Below, in pieces: positions 21,201 through 31,462 of a stretch of 64,000 nucleotides of DNA. Both the position numbers and the translations under genes were made by a program. Origin of the DNA: an uncultured bacterium (GTDB lineage Bacteria; Chloroflexota; UBA5177; JANWHV01). The stretch is taken from NCBI GenBank assembly GCA_963827235.1, contig CAWHAE010000018.1, positions 32,001 to 96,000 on the forward strand, written 5' to 3'. The notes beneath the pieces were generated by a model that was given only the letters and a program-made list of their open reading frames with translations, did not search any database and was not told the DNA's origin. How positions within the stretch are numbered: position 1 is the first letter of the stretch; each line of letters begins with the position of its first letter.

Positions 21201-23103
21201 GTGTTTCGTTCTCTTTGCCTGCGCCTGAGCCTGGCTCTCGCGCTGCTGGCCGCGGCTCTCTCGCCCGCGGTGCGGGCCCCGGCCGCCTACGGCACCGCGG
21301 CGCTCCCGAGTCCGCAGGCGCTCGATAGCCTTTTGACCACTACGCTACGACCGCCGCGCGACCTCTACGCGTTGACCACGCGGCTGAAGCTGCACACGAC
21401 CACGCCGCTGGACCCCTACGTAAACCAGGTGCCGCCGCACTACACCGTGGGGAGCACTGCCCGCTTCTACGTCAGCAACGACCAGGAAACGGGCTACGTG
21501 ACGGCTACCGCTACGCTCGTGCTCACCACCGCCCACGCCTACTTCTACGTGCAGAACGGCTTCAAGTACGAGCCGGCGGCGATCGCGCGCTCAGCAGAGA
21601 TCTTCGAGCACAGTATCTATCCCACCGATCGCTCCCTGTTCGGGCAGGAGTGGACGCCCGGCGTGGACGACGACCCGCACATCAGCATCTTCAACGGGCA
21701 CCTGCCACCCTCGGCGGCAGGCTACTTTTCGGGCGAAGACTTATTCCCGCGCGCCGTCAACCCGTACAGCAACCAGCGCAAGATGATCTTCATGAGCCTG
21801 GCCGCGCTCACGCCCGGCAGCAGCGGATACGACGAGGTGCTGGCGCACGAATTCCAGCACATGATCCACTTCCATCTCCATCCGGCCGACGAGGCCTGGA
21901 TCAACGAGGGCGACTCCATCCTTGCGCAGGAGCTGAACGGCTACAGCGACAGCGGTTACGCTCTGACGAAGGCCGGCGACCCAGGTGCCCAGCTCGATGC
22001 CTGGAGTGCCGGCAACTCCGCCCCCTACTACGGTGGCGGCTACATGTGGATGCTCTACTGTATGAACACTACGGCGGCACCCGGTTCCTCAGAGCGGAGC
22101 TGGCCGACAGCAGTCACAGCAACATGGCGGTGTTCGACGACGTGCTGGCGGAGCTGGGCTACACACAGCGGGCGGACGACGTATTCGCCGACTGGGTAGT
22201 GGCCAACTTCGTGAACGACCGTACCATCTTCGGCGGGCGGTTCGGTTATGCCCACACCGCCGCTCGGGCCCAGCCGGACATCAGCCTGACGGCACCCTTC
22301 AGCGACACGGCGGCTTTGCCGCAGTACGCGACACGCTACGTCGCGGTCAACGGGAACGGCAGCGCGCTCGATCTGCGCTTCACGGGCCAACCGCTGGTAC
22401 CCCTGTTGCCCACCGTCGCCCCGGCCGACGGGTTCTGGTGGAGCAACCGCGGTGACGGCGTGGATACCACGTTGACCACACCGCTCCTGGATCTGCGCAC
22501 GGTCCACCATGCCACGCTGCACTACCAGTTGTGGTACGACCTGGAAAAGGACTACGACTACGGTTACGTCGAGGTCTCGGCCGACGGCGGCAAGACCTGG
22601 TACACACAGCGTACCAGCCACACTACCGAGAGCAATCCCAACGGCGCCAATTTGGGCGACGGCTACACCGGCTCGAGCTGCTCAGCCGCCTCACAGCCGC
22701 ATCACTGCTGGCTCGACGAGCAGGTCGATCTTGTCCGCATATCGCCGGCAAGACCATCCTCGTTCGCTTCGAACAGGTCACCGACGACGAGCTGAACCTC
22801 CCTGGGCTCGCGGTAGCGAGCATCTCGGTGCCGGAGATCGGGTTCATGGCCGACCAGGCAACCGGCGGTTGGCAAGCAGCAGGCTGGGTGCACACGGGAA
22901 ACAGCGAGCAGGAGCACTGGATCGTGCAGGCGATTCTCTACAAGGCTAACGCCGTCTCGAGCGTGATTCGCCTGCCCGTGGACGCCAGTGGCCGCGGCGC
23001 GCTGGCCATTCCGGCCGGCGCCGAGCGCGTGGTGGTGGCGATATCGCCGACCGCCCCGTTGACCACGGTGAACGGCGGCTTCACCCTGACCAGCACGGGC
23101 TGA
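21201..23103 (+). CDS. Secreted zinc metallopeptidase (M30/immune inhibitor A-like), frameshifts near 22058 and 22735
   Basis: GTG start after GAGGAG and a signal peptide. VLAHEFQHMIH...WINEG zincin motif and C-terminal WYDLEKDYDYGYVEVSADGGKTW domain, split over ORFs 20859, 21650 and 22531. Confidence 0.82.
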
Positions 23104-23226
23104 GACATCCGGAGATTGTACCGAATCGTCGTCCTCCCCCCGCCACCGTGCCTTCCTCGCGGCGAGAACGTGATTCGCGCGGCCGTGTTGCCGGGCCGCC
23201 AACCGGTAGGGTGGAGTGCCCGCACC

Positions 23227-24735
23227 TCAAGGCAGCAGATCGTAGCCCACCAGGTGGAGGAAAGGTCCCCCTTCCTTTCCGTCGACCGTCCCGGGCTCGA
23301 AGGTGAGCGTATGCGTGCCGCTTGCGGGCCAACGCCAGGCAAAGAGCACCGCGTTGCGCAGGGACCGGCCCGAGCTGGACTTGTTCTGCCAGATACCCGT
23401 CTGGTCGTAGGTTTCCTGGCCGTCAATCAGCACCCGGGCGTGTCCTGCCTCGCAGCAATGCTCACCTATGGTGCCGATCAGGGCAATCCCGCTGCCGGTG
23501 AAGGTAAGCGACGCCGGAAGAGAGGAGACATCGTGGGCGACGTACGCGACGCCGGACCAGGCGCTCACCGCCGGCCGGCCCTCCGGATCGAGAGCCGCGG
23601 CCGCCATGACAAGCGCGTAACCTCCGCTCGTCTGCCAAGCCGTCAGCGTGCCACCCGGCGGCGGCCCGTCGAAGAAGCGTCCGTACCCGTCCGCCGTGCG
23701 AGCCGACACCGCCGCCGTCGCGTTGCGGAGCAGCCAGTCGCGCGCGAATGCCTGTCGCTGCTGCGTGGCCAGATCGTACATCGCCTCGACGAGCGGCTCC
23801 ACGATGTCGTTCTCGGCCTGAAGGTCGGCGTAGATCCCTCGCCCGTCCACAAGACGGGCAGCGGCGCGAGCCGTGAGCAGCGCTTGATCGACGTAGGACT
23901 GGTCGCGCGTTGCCGCTCCGAGCAGCAGCCCGTTTTCGATCATGTTGCCGTTCACCGAGGCGAAGAAGCGGTGCGGAAGCTGCGCGCAATGCCTGCCGTC
24001 GTCGAAGACGTAGACCGTGTAGAGTGGGACCAGTGGATCTAGAAAACGGTTCCGGATAGCAGCGTACTCCGCCGAGGCGTCGGCCAGGTAGTCCTGCCTG
24101 CCGGTCACGTCGTACAGCAACATGGCGGCTTTCACGTAGTTGGAGTCGGTCTCGAGAGTCTTGAGGTGATTACTGCCGCCGAACGGTTGCTGGTAGTGGA
24201 TGTCAGGACAGCCGCCGCGGGCATAGACGGCAGGTGCGCCCTGCACGGCGGCGAAGGCGGCGACGGCTCGCCGAAGCGCCGCGGTCTCTCCAGTCGCCGC
24301 GAATTCCCGTGACGCCGCCACGCTGTCCCACATCGGCACGTCGCTCCACTGCGAGCACCGCGGTCCGGTGCACGGCGCGTATGCGGGGACGGCCGGGATG
24401 AGCCTATTCAGAAACGCGGGGAGACCGGGGTCCCGGTCCGTCCGCCAGCGGAAGTACAAATCGTAGGTCAGAGCGTCGGCACCCCAGTCGTGGAGGGCAG
24501 TCGGGCAACCCGGCACGAGGCACATGTGCCACCCGGGCGCCGCGAGCCACCGCGACTGGAGCGCGGCGGTGGCGTCCAGCGCGTAGTCCGCGAAGGTCCG
24601 GCCGGCCGGCGCCGGATCGCCGTTCCCCTGCCGAGCGGTCGCCGGTGCCATGCCCAGGCTGACCACTGCCAGGCCGAGGGCAAGCAGGAAGAAGAATAGT
24701 GAGCGCGTCTGCACGATTCCTCGCAAGGCAAGCAT
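23227..24735 (-). CDS. Secreted GH76-like (alpha/alpha)6 glycoside hydrolase with a C-terminal jelly-roll module
   Basis: Signal peptide, WSDVPMWDSVA, KTLETDSNYVKAAMLLY, and a C-terminal FTGSGIALIG...GHARVLIDG domain. Family call is tentative. Confidence 0.6.
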   Translation of the reverse strand: MLALRGIVQTRSLFFFLLALGLAVVSLGMAPATARQGNGDPAPAGRTFADYALDATAALQSRWLAAPGWHMCLVPGCPTALHDWGADALTYDLYFRWRTDRDPGLPAFLNRLIPAVPAYAPCTGPRCSQWSDVPMWDSVAASREFAATGETAALRRAVAAFAAVQGAPAVYARGGCPDIHYQQPFGGSNHLKTLETDSNYVKAAMLLYDVTGRQDYLADASAEYAAIRNRFLDPLVPLYTVYVFDDGRHCAQLPHRFFASVNGNMIENGLLLGAATRDQSYVDQALLTARAAARLVDGRGIYADLQAENDIVEPLVEAMYDLATQQRQAFARDWLLRNATAAVSARTADGYGRFFDGPPPGGTLTAWQTSGGYALVMAAAALDPEGRPAVSAWSGVAYVAHDVSSLPASLTFTGSGIALIGTIGEHCCEAGHARVLIDGQETYDQTGIWQNKSSSGRSLRNAVLFAWRWPASGTHTLTFEPGTVDGKEGGPFLHLVGYDLLP

Positions 24736-24920
24736 GCCGCGACGGCTTCTTGCCGGTCCTCGAGGCGACGCCGGAGAGGCGGCAAGCAGCGGATCGGCAC
24801 CTGGTCCATGCGCGAGCGACCCGGTCGGGCGCCGACGCGCCGGCCTGCTCTCGCCCGCGCCCCGTTTCTACCAGCGTACAGTGCGAGCGGCTAGCGGGTT
24901 CCGCGATGGCTTCGCCGCAT

Positions 24921-26090
24921 TCATGCCGGATAGACACCTCCATCCTTGGCGGCGCGATACATGGCATCGAGATTGGCCCGCGGCGTCAACGGAGGCAGGT
25001 TGTTGGCCTCCTTCAGGATGAACTTCCCGCCGCGCATGATGCCGCTCTTCAGAATATCCATAGCCATCGCGTAGACCTGCGCAGGCGTGCCGGCAAGCAG
25101 GTTGGTGGCCGGCACGCCGCCGAGGATCTCGACGTCCTCTCCCACTTCGTCGCGCAGGGTGGAGAAGTTGATGGGAAAGCCCGTGTCGAACGACTTGACG
25201 TTCAGCTCTGTGATCATGGCCGGGAAATGGCGCTGCACGTTGCCGCACAGGTGGATGCTGTGCGGGCCTTTCCCGGCCAGCGATTCGAGAAGGCGCCGGT
25301 GATACGGCAGGACCTTCTCGCGATATGTGCGGGCAGAGACCAACTGAGTGGCATCGTCGGCGAACACGAGTGACTCGGGCTTCAGCTCCAGGCCCAGGTA
25401 AGCACGCCAGGCTCTCACGCGCTCGATGGTGGCGGTCGTGATGAAATCCATGACCCGGTGATAGTAGTCTTCCCGCACGAGCATATCCTCGAGCAGATCG
25501 GCACCGCAGATGCCCACGCCCGCGGTCAGCACCCCCTGCGGCGTGATCGGATTGGGCGGAAAGACGGTGACCGGCCGCCCGTGGAACTCGTAGTTGCGGC
25601 ACTTCTCGACGAAGCGCTCGTAGAACTCTCTGACCGTGCCCATCATCCCGCTGAACGGCTCAGGGATGCCCCGGTCGAATAGCGCCTCCTTCCTGGCCCC
25701 ACGGTAGACCGGTGTGTTCAGCGGCACCTGGTTCTCTGGAAAGTGGACGGGACAGCCGTACCAGGATTCCTCTACCACATTGTTGAAGAACGGCTGCACG
25801 AGCCATTCTTTCTCGGGGATACCCATCTCGGCGTCATGGGGCAGCGCGTGCGCGATGTAGTAGACATACTGGAGGTAGGTGTCAAACATCAGGTCCGCAT
25901 CCTCGTAGAACGCCTTCCACGTTACGCCCTTGGTGTTGAGACTCGGATCCTGGATCCAGATGCGCGGCTCCGTGGCTATGCGGACGGGAACGCGAATTGG
26001 ATGCCCGGCATAATAGCTGTCCCATACCCGCTTGACTTCCTCATTCTGGCGCGCATAGTCGATTTCCGGTGCCCGCACGAGCGACTCCAT
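24921..26090 (-). CDS. Uroporphyrinogen decarboxylase / MtaA-CmuA-like family protein
   Basis: FADD, IHLCGN (HxC Zn-type motif), ILGGVP and GGKFIL...NLPP.TP..NL.AMY motifs. Start at ATG 26090 after AAAGGAA. Confidence 0.8.
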   Translation of the reverse strand: MESLVRAPEIDYARQNEEVKRVWDSYYAGHPIRVPVRIATEPRIWIQDPSLNTKGVTWKAFYEDADLMFDTYLQYVYYIAHALPHDAEMGIPEKEWLVQPFFNNVVEESWYGCPVHFPENQVPLNTPVYRGARKEALFDRGIPEPFSGMMGTVREFYERFVEKCRNYEFHGRPVTVFPPNPITPQGVLTAGVGICGADLLEDMLVREDYYHRVMDFITTATIERVRAWRAYLGLELKPESLVFADDATQLVSARTYREKVLPYHRRLLESLAGKGPHSIHLCGNVQRHFPAMITELNVKSFDTGFPINFSTLRDEVGEDVEILGGVPATNLLAGTPAQVYAMAMDILKSGIMRGGKFILKEANNLPPLTPRANLDAMYRAAKDGGVYPA

Positions 26091-26344
26091 CGACGTTCCT
26101 TTCGTTGACAGTGGTGGAGCGGCTGCCTGAGAGTTGCCGTGGCAAGCCGACTCCCAGTGGTAGACGCCGGATACCATCGTAACCGCCCCCGCACGCCTGG
26201 ACCTAACCGGTCCACTCTGCTCCAGCAAGTGCGCCCCACCGCGGCTCGATCTCGCCCACCAAGCTGAAACAGCCCGGGAACCACTACTGCCGCCATGCCA
26301 CCTTTTCACTCACACCTAGGCCGTGAAAGCGATCGCACCGTCGC

Positions 26345-26373
26345 TTGACAGCGTCCGGATGCCCTGCTACGAT
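26345..26373 (+). promoter_or_regulatory. Sigma70-type promoter of the IclR-fusion gene / catabolic operon
   Basis: TTGACA-17 nt-TACGAT. Confidence 0.7.
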
Positions 26374-26402
26374 AGCCCCGGTTTCCTGCATTCTGAAGCG
26401 CC

Positions 26403-26418
26403 TTTCGATTATTCGAAA
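26403..26418. promoter_or_regulatory. Putative IclR-family operator
   Basis: TTTCGA-TTAT-TCGAAA AT-rich palindrome between the promoter and the regulator start. Confidence 0.6.
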
Positions 26419-26428
26419 CGCTACCACA

Positions 26429-28174
26429 GTGGACGATGGTACGACGGCTGGCGGCGCGCGCGGCGCGGCGCGGATCCTGGAAATGATCGAGCTGTTCTCG
26501 CGGCGAGACGATGGGCTGAGCCTGAGCGAAATCGCCGCCGCGCTGCACGTGCCGGTCAGCAGTGCGCACGCCCTTCTTCGCCTGCTGCAGACGCGGGGCT
26601 ACCTCGACCGCAGCCAGGATGGCCGCCGGTACCGCCCCGGCAAAAAGCTGTTCGAAGTGAGCCGGCGCTACGTCGAGCAGGCCGACCCCTACGCCGCGGC
26701 CCGCCGGCTCATGCGCAAGGTCGCCGAGCAATGCGGCCAGACGGTACACCTTTCGACGCTGGCTGGATGTGACAGCGTCTACGTGGACGGCATTGCCTCG
26801 CGATCGGCCCTCGGCCTTGCCTCCCGGGCCGGCATGCGCATGCCGGCCCATACCACGGCCGACGGCAGGGCGCTGCTGGCAGACCTACCGGATGACGTAC
26901 TCGCCTCGCTCTACGCGGATGCGGAGTGGCCGCACCTGAGCGACCGGACGCCGATCTCGCTCCAGGCCCTCCAGCGCGAATGCGAGGAGGTGCGATGGAC
27001 CGGCGTCGCGCACGACGTCGGGGGAGCCGAGCGTGGCGTCCACGCCGTGGCTGCCGCCTTGCCAGTGGACTACGGTTCTCCGCCGCTGGCACTCAGCATC
27101 GCCGCGCCCACCTCGCACCTAGACAGCGACGGACTGCGGCGCATGCTTGGAGTGCTGCGGGAGGCGGTCCCACCGAGTGCGACGTCGCCGGCCGCGCCCT
27201 GCCCGTGCATCGGGTGGAGCCTGGCCACCATGCACGTCGACACCTACGTCGAGTTCCGCCGCGTTGCCGACGCGGTCATGGCACGGCACCACGGGACAAT
27301 CCTTTGGACCGACGCCCATGACGACGCGGACAAACAGGCGATCGATGTCGATCGCCTGCTCGACCAGCAGCCCTGCGCCGTGCTCATCCATCCCGTCAAT
27401 GCCGCCACCTCCGACGCGCTGTTCAGCGCGGCGCGGCGGCGCGGCGTGCTCGCGGTATGTTTCCAGCGTCCAACACGCAGCAGGGCGTTCGACTTCTTCG
27501 TCGGCGGCGACACCTACCGGGAAGGTTGCATGCAGGCGCATGCCCTGGCACGCGCTCTCGACGGACATGGTAGTGTGCTGATCATCCAGGGAGATGCGTA
27601 CAACGACAACGCGCGCAATATCGCCCAGGGCAACCACGACGCGCTGGCCGAATACCCCAACATAACCGTGCTCGAAAGCCAGCCGAGCTCGCTCTGGTCG
27701 CGCGAGTCGGCGCAGGACATCACGCGCGAAGTGCTGGCGAGCGATGCAGCCGGCAGCCTGCGAGGCATCGTGGCCGCCAACGACGACATGGCGGTAGGAG
27801 TGGCCGAGGTGCTGGCGGAGGCAGGGTTGACTGCCCGGGTGAAGCTCGTAGGCGGGGACGGGGACGCGGCCACGGTGGAGCTCATCCGCCGCGGCGCCAT
27901 GCTCGGCACTGCCTTCCAGGACCCCGCGCTGCTGGCTACCACTGCTCTGGAGGACGTGCTCCGGGTCTGCGCCGGCTCGCTCAGCGTGGCGGAGATGCCA
28001 CGCACCAACATCATCTACGCTCCTGCGGCGCCGCTCGTGGCCGTGCAGGAGATCCCCTACACCTGGATAGACGCATCCAACCTCGCGATCCTCGAAAGCT
28101 ACTGGGCTGCGCGCGGCGAGACCTCTCCTGCGGGCGCGGCTCGCTTTGCCACACATACTTGGGAAAGGAGGTAG
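26429..28174 (+). CDS. IclR family regulator fused to a C-terminal RbsB/XylF-like sugar-binding domain
   Basis: HTH (LSLSEIAAALHVPVSSAHALLRLL..RGYL), IclR effector domain (RMPAHTTADGRALLA), then a periplasmic-binding-protein-I fold (DAHDDADKQ, IVAANDDMAVG, VKLVGGDG). One uninterrupted ORF. Confidence 0.85.
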   Translation: MDDGTTAGGARGAARILEMIELFSRRDDGLSLSEIAAALHVPVSSAHALLRLLQTRGYLDRSQDGRRYRPGKKLFEVSRRYVEQADPYAAARRLMRKVAEQCGQTVHLSTLAGCDSVYVDGIASRSALGLASRAGMRMPAHTTADGRALLADLPDDVLASLYADAEWPHLSDRTPISLQALQRECEEVRWTGVAHDVGGAERGVHAVAAALPVDYGSPPLALSIAAPTSHLDSDGLRRMLGVLREAVPPSATSPAAPCPCIGWSLATMHVDTYVEFRRVADAVMARHHGTILWTDAHDDADKQAIDVDRLLDQQPCAVLIHPVNAATSDALFSAARRRGVLAVCFQRPTRSRAFDFFVGGDTYREGCMQAHALARALDGHGSVLIIQGDAYNDNARNIAQGNHDALAEYPNITVLESQPSSLWSRESAQDITREVLASDAAGSLRGIVAANDDMAVGVAEVLAEAGLTARVKLVGGDGDAATVELIRRGAMLGTAFQDPALLATTALEDVLRVCAGSLSVAEMPRTNIIYAPAAPLVAVQEIPYTWIDASNLAILESYWAARGETSPAGAARFATHTWERR

Positions 28175-28300
28175 ACGAAGCGGCTCGCACTAGTCTCAGC
28201 ATTTGCTCCGGAGAAACGGTGTGACTTCCGGATGACAACTGCAATCGGGTCGGCACCTGGTAAAGAACTCACTGCAGCAGGATTGTAAGGAGAAAGCACG

Positions 28301-29590
28301 ATGTTCAGTGCCCAGCATTCGCCACAGGCCCATGCACGGGGCTCTTGGCGGCTTCTAGCGGCAGGTGCGCTGCTGATCGGCCTTGCCGGCTGGCAGGGCA
28401 CGCCGCGCGCGCACGCCGCCACCACGGTCGTTACCTATTGGACGTATCAGCAATCGTCGAAGGACATCAACGCCGCCACCGACGCCACGATCAAGACGTT
28501 TGAGCAACAGAATCCCGGCGTCACCGTGAAGACGACCGTCTTCCCCTATGCGGTATATCGCGACAAGCTGCTCACGGCCGTGAAAGGCGGCCAAGCACCC
28601 GATATCGCGGCCATCGATCAGATCTGGACCTCGGAGTTTGCCGCGTCCGGCAACATTCTCCCGCTCGATTCCTACGTCGCCAAATCCAGCATCATCAAGC
28701 CCTCCGCATTCTTCACCGGCGCCTGGCAGTCAGTAACCTACCGCGGCAAGGTATGGGGCGTTCCGCAGAGCGACGACGTCTGGGAGCAGCTCTACTATAA
28801 CAAGGACATGTTCGCCAAGGCGGGTATCAAGAGTCCTCCGCGCACGTGGACTGAGCTGCTGGCCGACGGCAAGAAGCTCACGCATGCTCCCAACCAGTAT
28901 GGCCTGGCCCTGCTCGGCGACCAGGGCGAAGACACGATCTGCACCATCGACTCCTTCATCTTCTCCAACGGCGGACACGTGCTCAGCTCTGACGGCACGA
29001 AGGCAGTGATCAACAGCCCGGCGGCCGTACAGGCGATCAAGCTCTACCAGAGTCTGGCCGCCATCGCACCTGCTGGCACGGTGAACCGCGCCGAGGCGGA
29101 TGCCGCCAGCCTGTTCACCGCCGGCAAAGTGGCGATGACCCTCGACGGCTCGTGGCAGCAGGACACCTACAACAGCCAGGGCGGCAGCAAGCTGAACTGG
29201 GGTGTCGCAGTGCCGCCCGCGCCGGCAGGCAAGAGCTTCCGCGGTACACTGGGCGGCTGGAACATGGTGGTCTTCAAGCAGTCGTCCCATCCGGATGCTG
29301 CCTGGAAGTTCGTCGAGTACATGGGTGAGACGAACCCGCAGATTGCCATTGCCTCCATTTCGCCGGCCCGCATGGATGCCGCGCAGGTCTTCATCAACAG
29401 CAAGCGTGCCGGCGCCAGTGTGCTGCTGCAGACGCTGAAGATGGGCTTGCCGCGCGACCTCTCACCAATCTACCCGCAGATCTCTACCATCGAGCAGTCG
29501 ATGGTGCAGAGCATTCTCACGGGCACGGACGCGCAGACCGCCGCCGACAAGGCGGCCAGCGACATGAACAGCGCCCTGCAATCGGAATAG
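28301..29590 (+). CDS. Sugar ABC transporter substrate-binding protein
   Basis: AAGGAG RBS, Sec signal ending AHA, and GQAPDIA, LYYNKDMFAKAGI, PRTWTEL and AAWKFVEY motifs. Confidence 0.93.
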   Translation: MFSAQHSPQAHARGSWRLLAAGALLIGLAGWQGTPRAHAATTVVTYWTYQQSSKDINAATDATIKTFEQQNPGVTVKTTVFPYAVYRDKLLTAVKGGQAPDIAAIDQIWTSEFAASGNILPLDSYVAKSSIIKPSAFFTGAWQSVTYRGKVWGVPQSDDVWEQLYYNKDMFAKAGIKSPPRTWTELLADGKKLTHAPNQYGLALLGDQGEDTICTIDSFIFSNGGHVLSSDGTKAVINSPAAVQAIKLYQSLAAIAPAGTVNRAEADAASLFTAGKVAMTLDGSWQQDTYNSQGGSKLNWGVAVPPAPAGKSFRGTLGGWNMVVFKQSSHPDAAWKFVEYMGETNPQIAIASISPARMDAAQVFINSKRAGASVLLQTLKMGLPRDLSPIYPQISTIEQSMVQSILTGTDAQTAADKAASDMNSALQSE

Positions 29591-29684
29591 GATAGCAAGA
29601 CCCCGCCCCTGGTCCTGTACGGGGGCTGTGCCACCGTCCACGCCGGTGCGGCGTGGACGGTGGCCGCGGGTCGGAAGAGACGCC

Positions 29685-30608
29685 ATGCTAGATTCCGTCT
29701 CCAATCGCGCGCCTCGCCGCAGCATGCAGCCGCAGGTGCAGGAAGCTGCGCTGGGCTACTTCCTCATCCTTCCGGCGATGCTCTTGATCGTGGTTCTGAT
29801 CGGCGTGCCGCTGGTCAAGGCAGTCAACATCAGCCTTACCAACAGCAGCTTCATCAATCCAACGCCGAGCTTCGTCGGCCTGCGCAACTTCGACAACCTG
29901 CTCCACCAGGACGTCTTCTGGCAGATCGTGCGTACGTCGCTGATCTGGACCTCGGCAATCGTGGTCGGGCAGCTCGTCCTGGGCTATGCGACCGCCCTCT
30001 TGCTCAACCAGGAGTTCGTCGGCCGCGGCTTGGTCCGGGCGCTGCTCATCCTGCCCTGGGTCTGCCCCGGCGTGATCGCCGCCATCGTCTGGCGAGTGAT
30101 CGCCGATCCGTACCTGGGCCCAATCAACGCGGCGCCGAGCTGGATCGGTCTGCCCCACGGGTTCGTCGCGTGGCTGGCGCAGCCCGACACGGCTCTTGCC
30201 ATGGTGATCGTGGCCGGGATCTGGAAGGGCACAGGCTTCAGCACGGTCATGTATCTTGCTGCGCTGCAGGGTGTGCCCGCAGAGACGCTGGAAGCGGCGA
30301 CGATCGACGGCGCCGGCGCCTGGGCTCGCTTGCGCCACGTGGTTCTGCCCCAGACCATGCCTGTCATCCGCATCAATCTCCTCCTCACCACTGTCTGGAC
30401 GTTCAACTATTTCGATCTGATCTACATCATGACGAAGGGCGGGCCGGGAGACAGCACGCAGATCTTCCCGACCTACATATACAAGCTTGCTTTTGACCAG
30501 ATTCGCTACGGCATGGCTTCTGCCTACGGCCTCGTCGCCCTGCTCATTCTGCTCATCTTCAGCGCGATGTACCTCGTCCAGCTCCAGAAAGCGAGGGTAC
30601 TCGACTGA
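29685..30608 (+). CDS. Carbohydrate ABC transporter permease
   Basis: FVGLRNF, EAATIDGAG and MTKGGPG motifs. Confidence 0.93.
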   Translation: MLDSVSNRAPRRSMQPQVQEAALGYFLILPAMLLIVVLIGVPLVKAVNISLTNSSFINPTPSFVGLRNFDNLLHQDVFWQIVRTSLIWTSAIVVGQLVLGYATALLLNQEFVGRGLVRALLILPWVCPGVIAAIVWRVIADPYLGPINAAPSWIGLPHGFVAWLAQPDTALAMVIVAGIWKGTGFSTVMYLAALQGVPAETLEAATIDGAGAWARLRHVVLPQTMPVIRINLLLTTVWTFNYFDLIYIMTKGGPGDSTQIFPTYIYKLAFDQIRYGMASAYGLVALLILLIFSAMYLVQLQKARVLD

Positions 30609-31456
30609 TGGCAGCGCGACACGCGGCGTCCCAACCTCGCCGTTGGCTCCGCGGCACCGGCGTGTACACGGCCGTGATCCTGGTCGTCGTGTTCTTTCTG
30701 TTTCCCTTCTTCTGGATGATCTCGATGGCGCTCAAGCCGTCTGTAGAGATCTTCGCCTTTCCGCCTACCCCGTTCCCCATCCATCCCACACTGCACAACT
30801 TCCGCGTCGCCCTCGACACCACGTTCCTGCGCTACGCGCTGAACAGCCTGATCGTCGCCGTGTCCACGACGCTGGTCACCGTGCCGGCAGCGCTGCTCTG
30901 TGCCTACAGCTTCACCAGGCTGCGGTTTCCGGGCCGCGCGCAGCTTCTCGGTCTGATCATTACCACGCAGATGCTGCCTCTCGCTGTGCTGGTCGTGCCC
31001 ATGTACGAGATCATGGGCGACTGGCACCTGCTGAACACGTACGTCGCGCTGATCGTGGCCTACCTCACCTTTACGGTGCCCGTGGCGGTGTGGCTGATGC
31101 GCGGCTTCCTGGCCGGCTTGCCCGTGGAGCTGGAAGAAGCGGCGCAAATCGACGGCTGCACGCGTATCGGCTCGTTCTTTCGCGTCATCGTGCCGATCAG
31201 CGGGCCGGGCATCGCTGCCACTGCTACGTACGTGTTCTTCCTCTCCTGGCAGGAATTCCTGTTCGCGCTTGCTTTCATGTCCGGCGACATGCAGACTTTG
31301 CCGGTGGGCGTGCTCGGCTACATCGGCGAGCATACTACCGATTGGGGCCAGCTTATGGCCGCATCGTCGCTGGTCTGTCTCCCGGTACTGGTGATTTTCC
31401 TGTTCCTGCAACGGCAGTTCATAGCCGGCCTGGTACAGGGAAGCGTGAAGGGATAG
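30608..31456 (+). CDS. Carbohydrate ABC transporter permease
   Basis: LPVELEEAAQIDGC and LQRQFIAGLVQGSVKG motifs. Start codon overlaps the upstream stop. Confidence 0.93.
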   Translation: MAARHAASQPRRWLRGTGVYTAVILVVVFFLFPFFWMISMALKPSVEIFAFPPTPFPIHPTLHNFRVALDTTFLRYALNSLIVAVSTTLVTVPAALLCAYSFTRLRFPGRAQLLGLIITTQMLPLAVLVVPMYEIMGDWHLLNTYVALIVAYLTFTVPVAVWLMRGFLAGLPVELEEAAQIDGCTRIGSFFRVIVPISGPGIAATATYVFFLSWQEFLFALAFMSGDMQTLPVGVLGYIGEHTTDWGQLMAASSLVCLPVLVIFLFLQRQFIAGLVQGSVKG

Positions 31457-31462
31457 TAGTCT

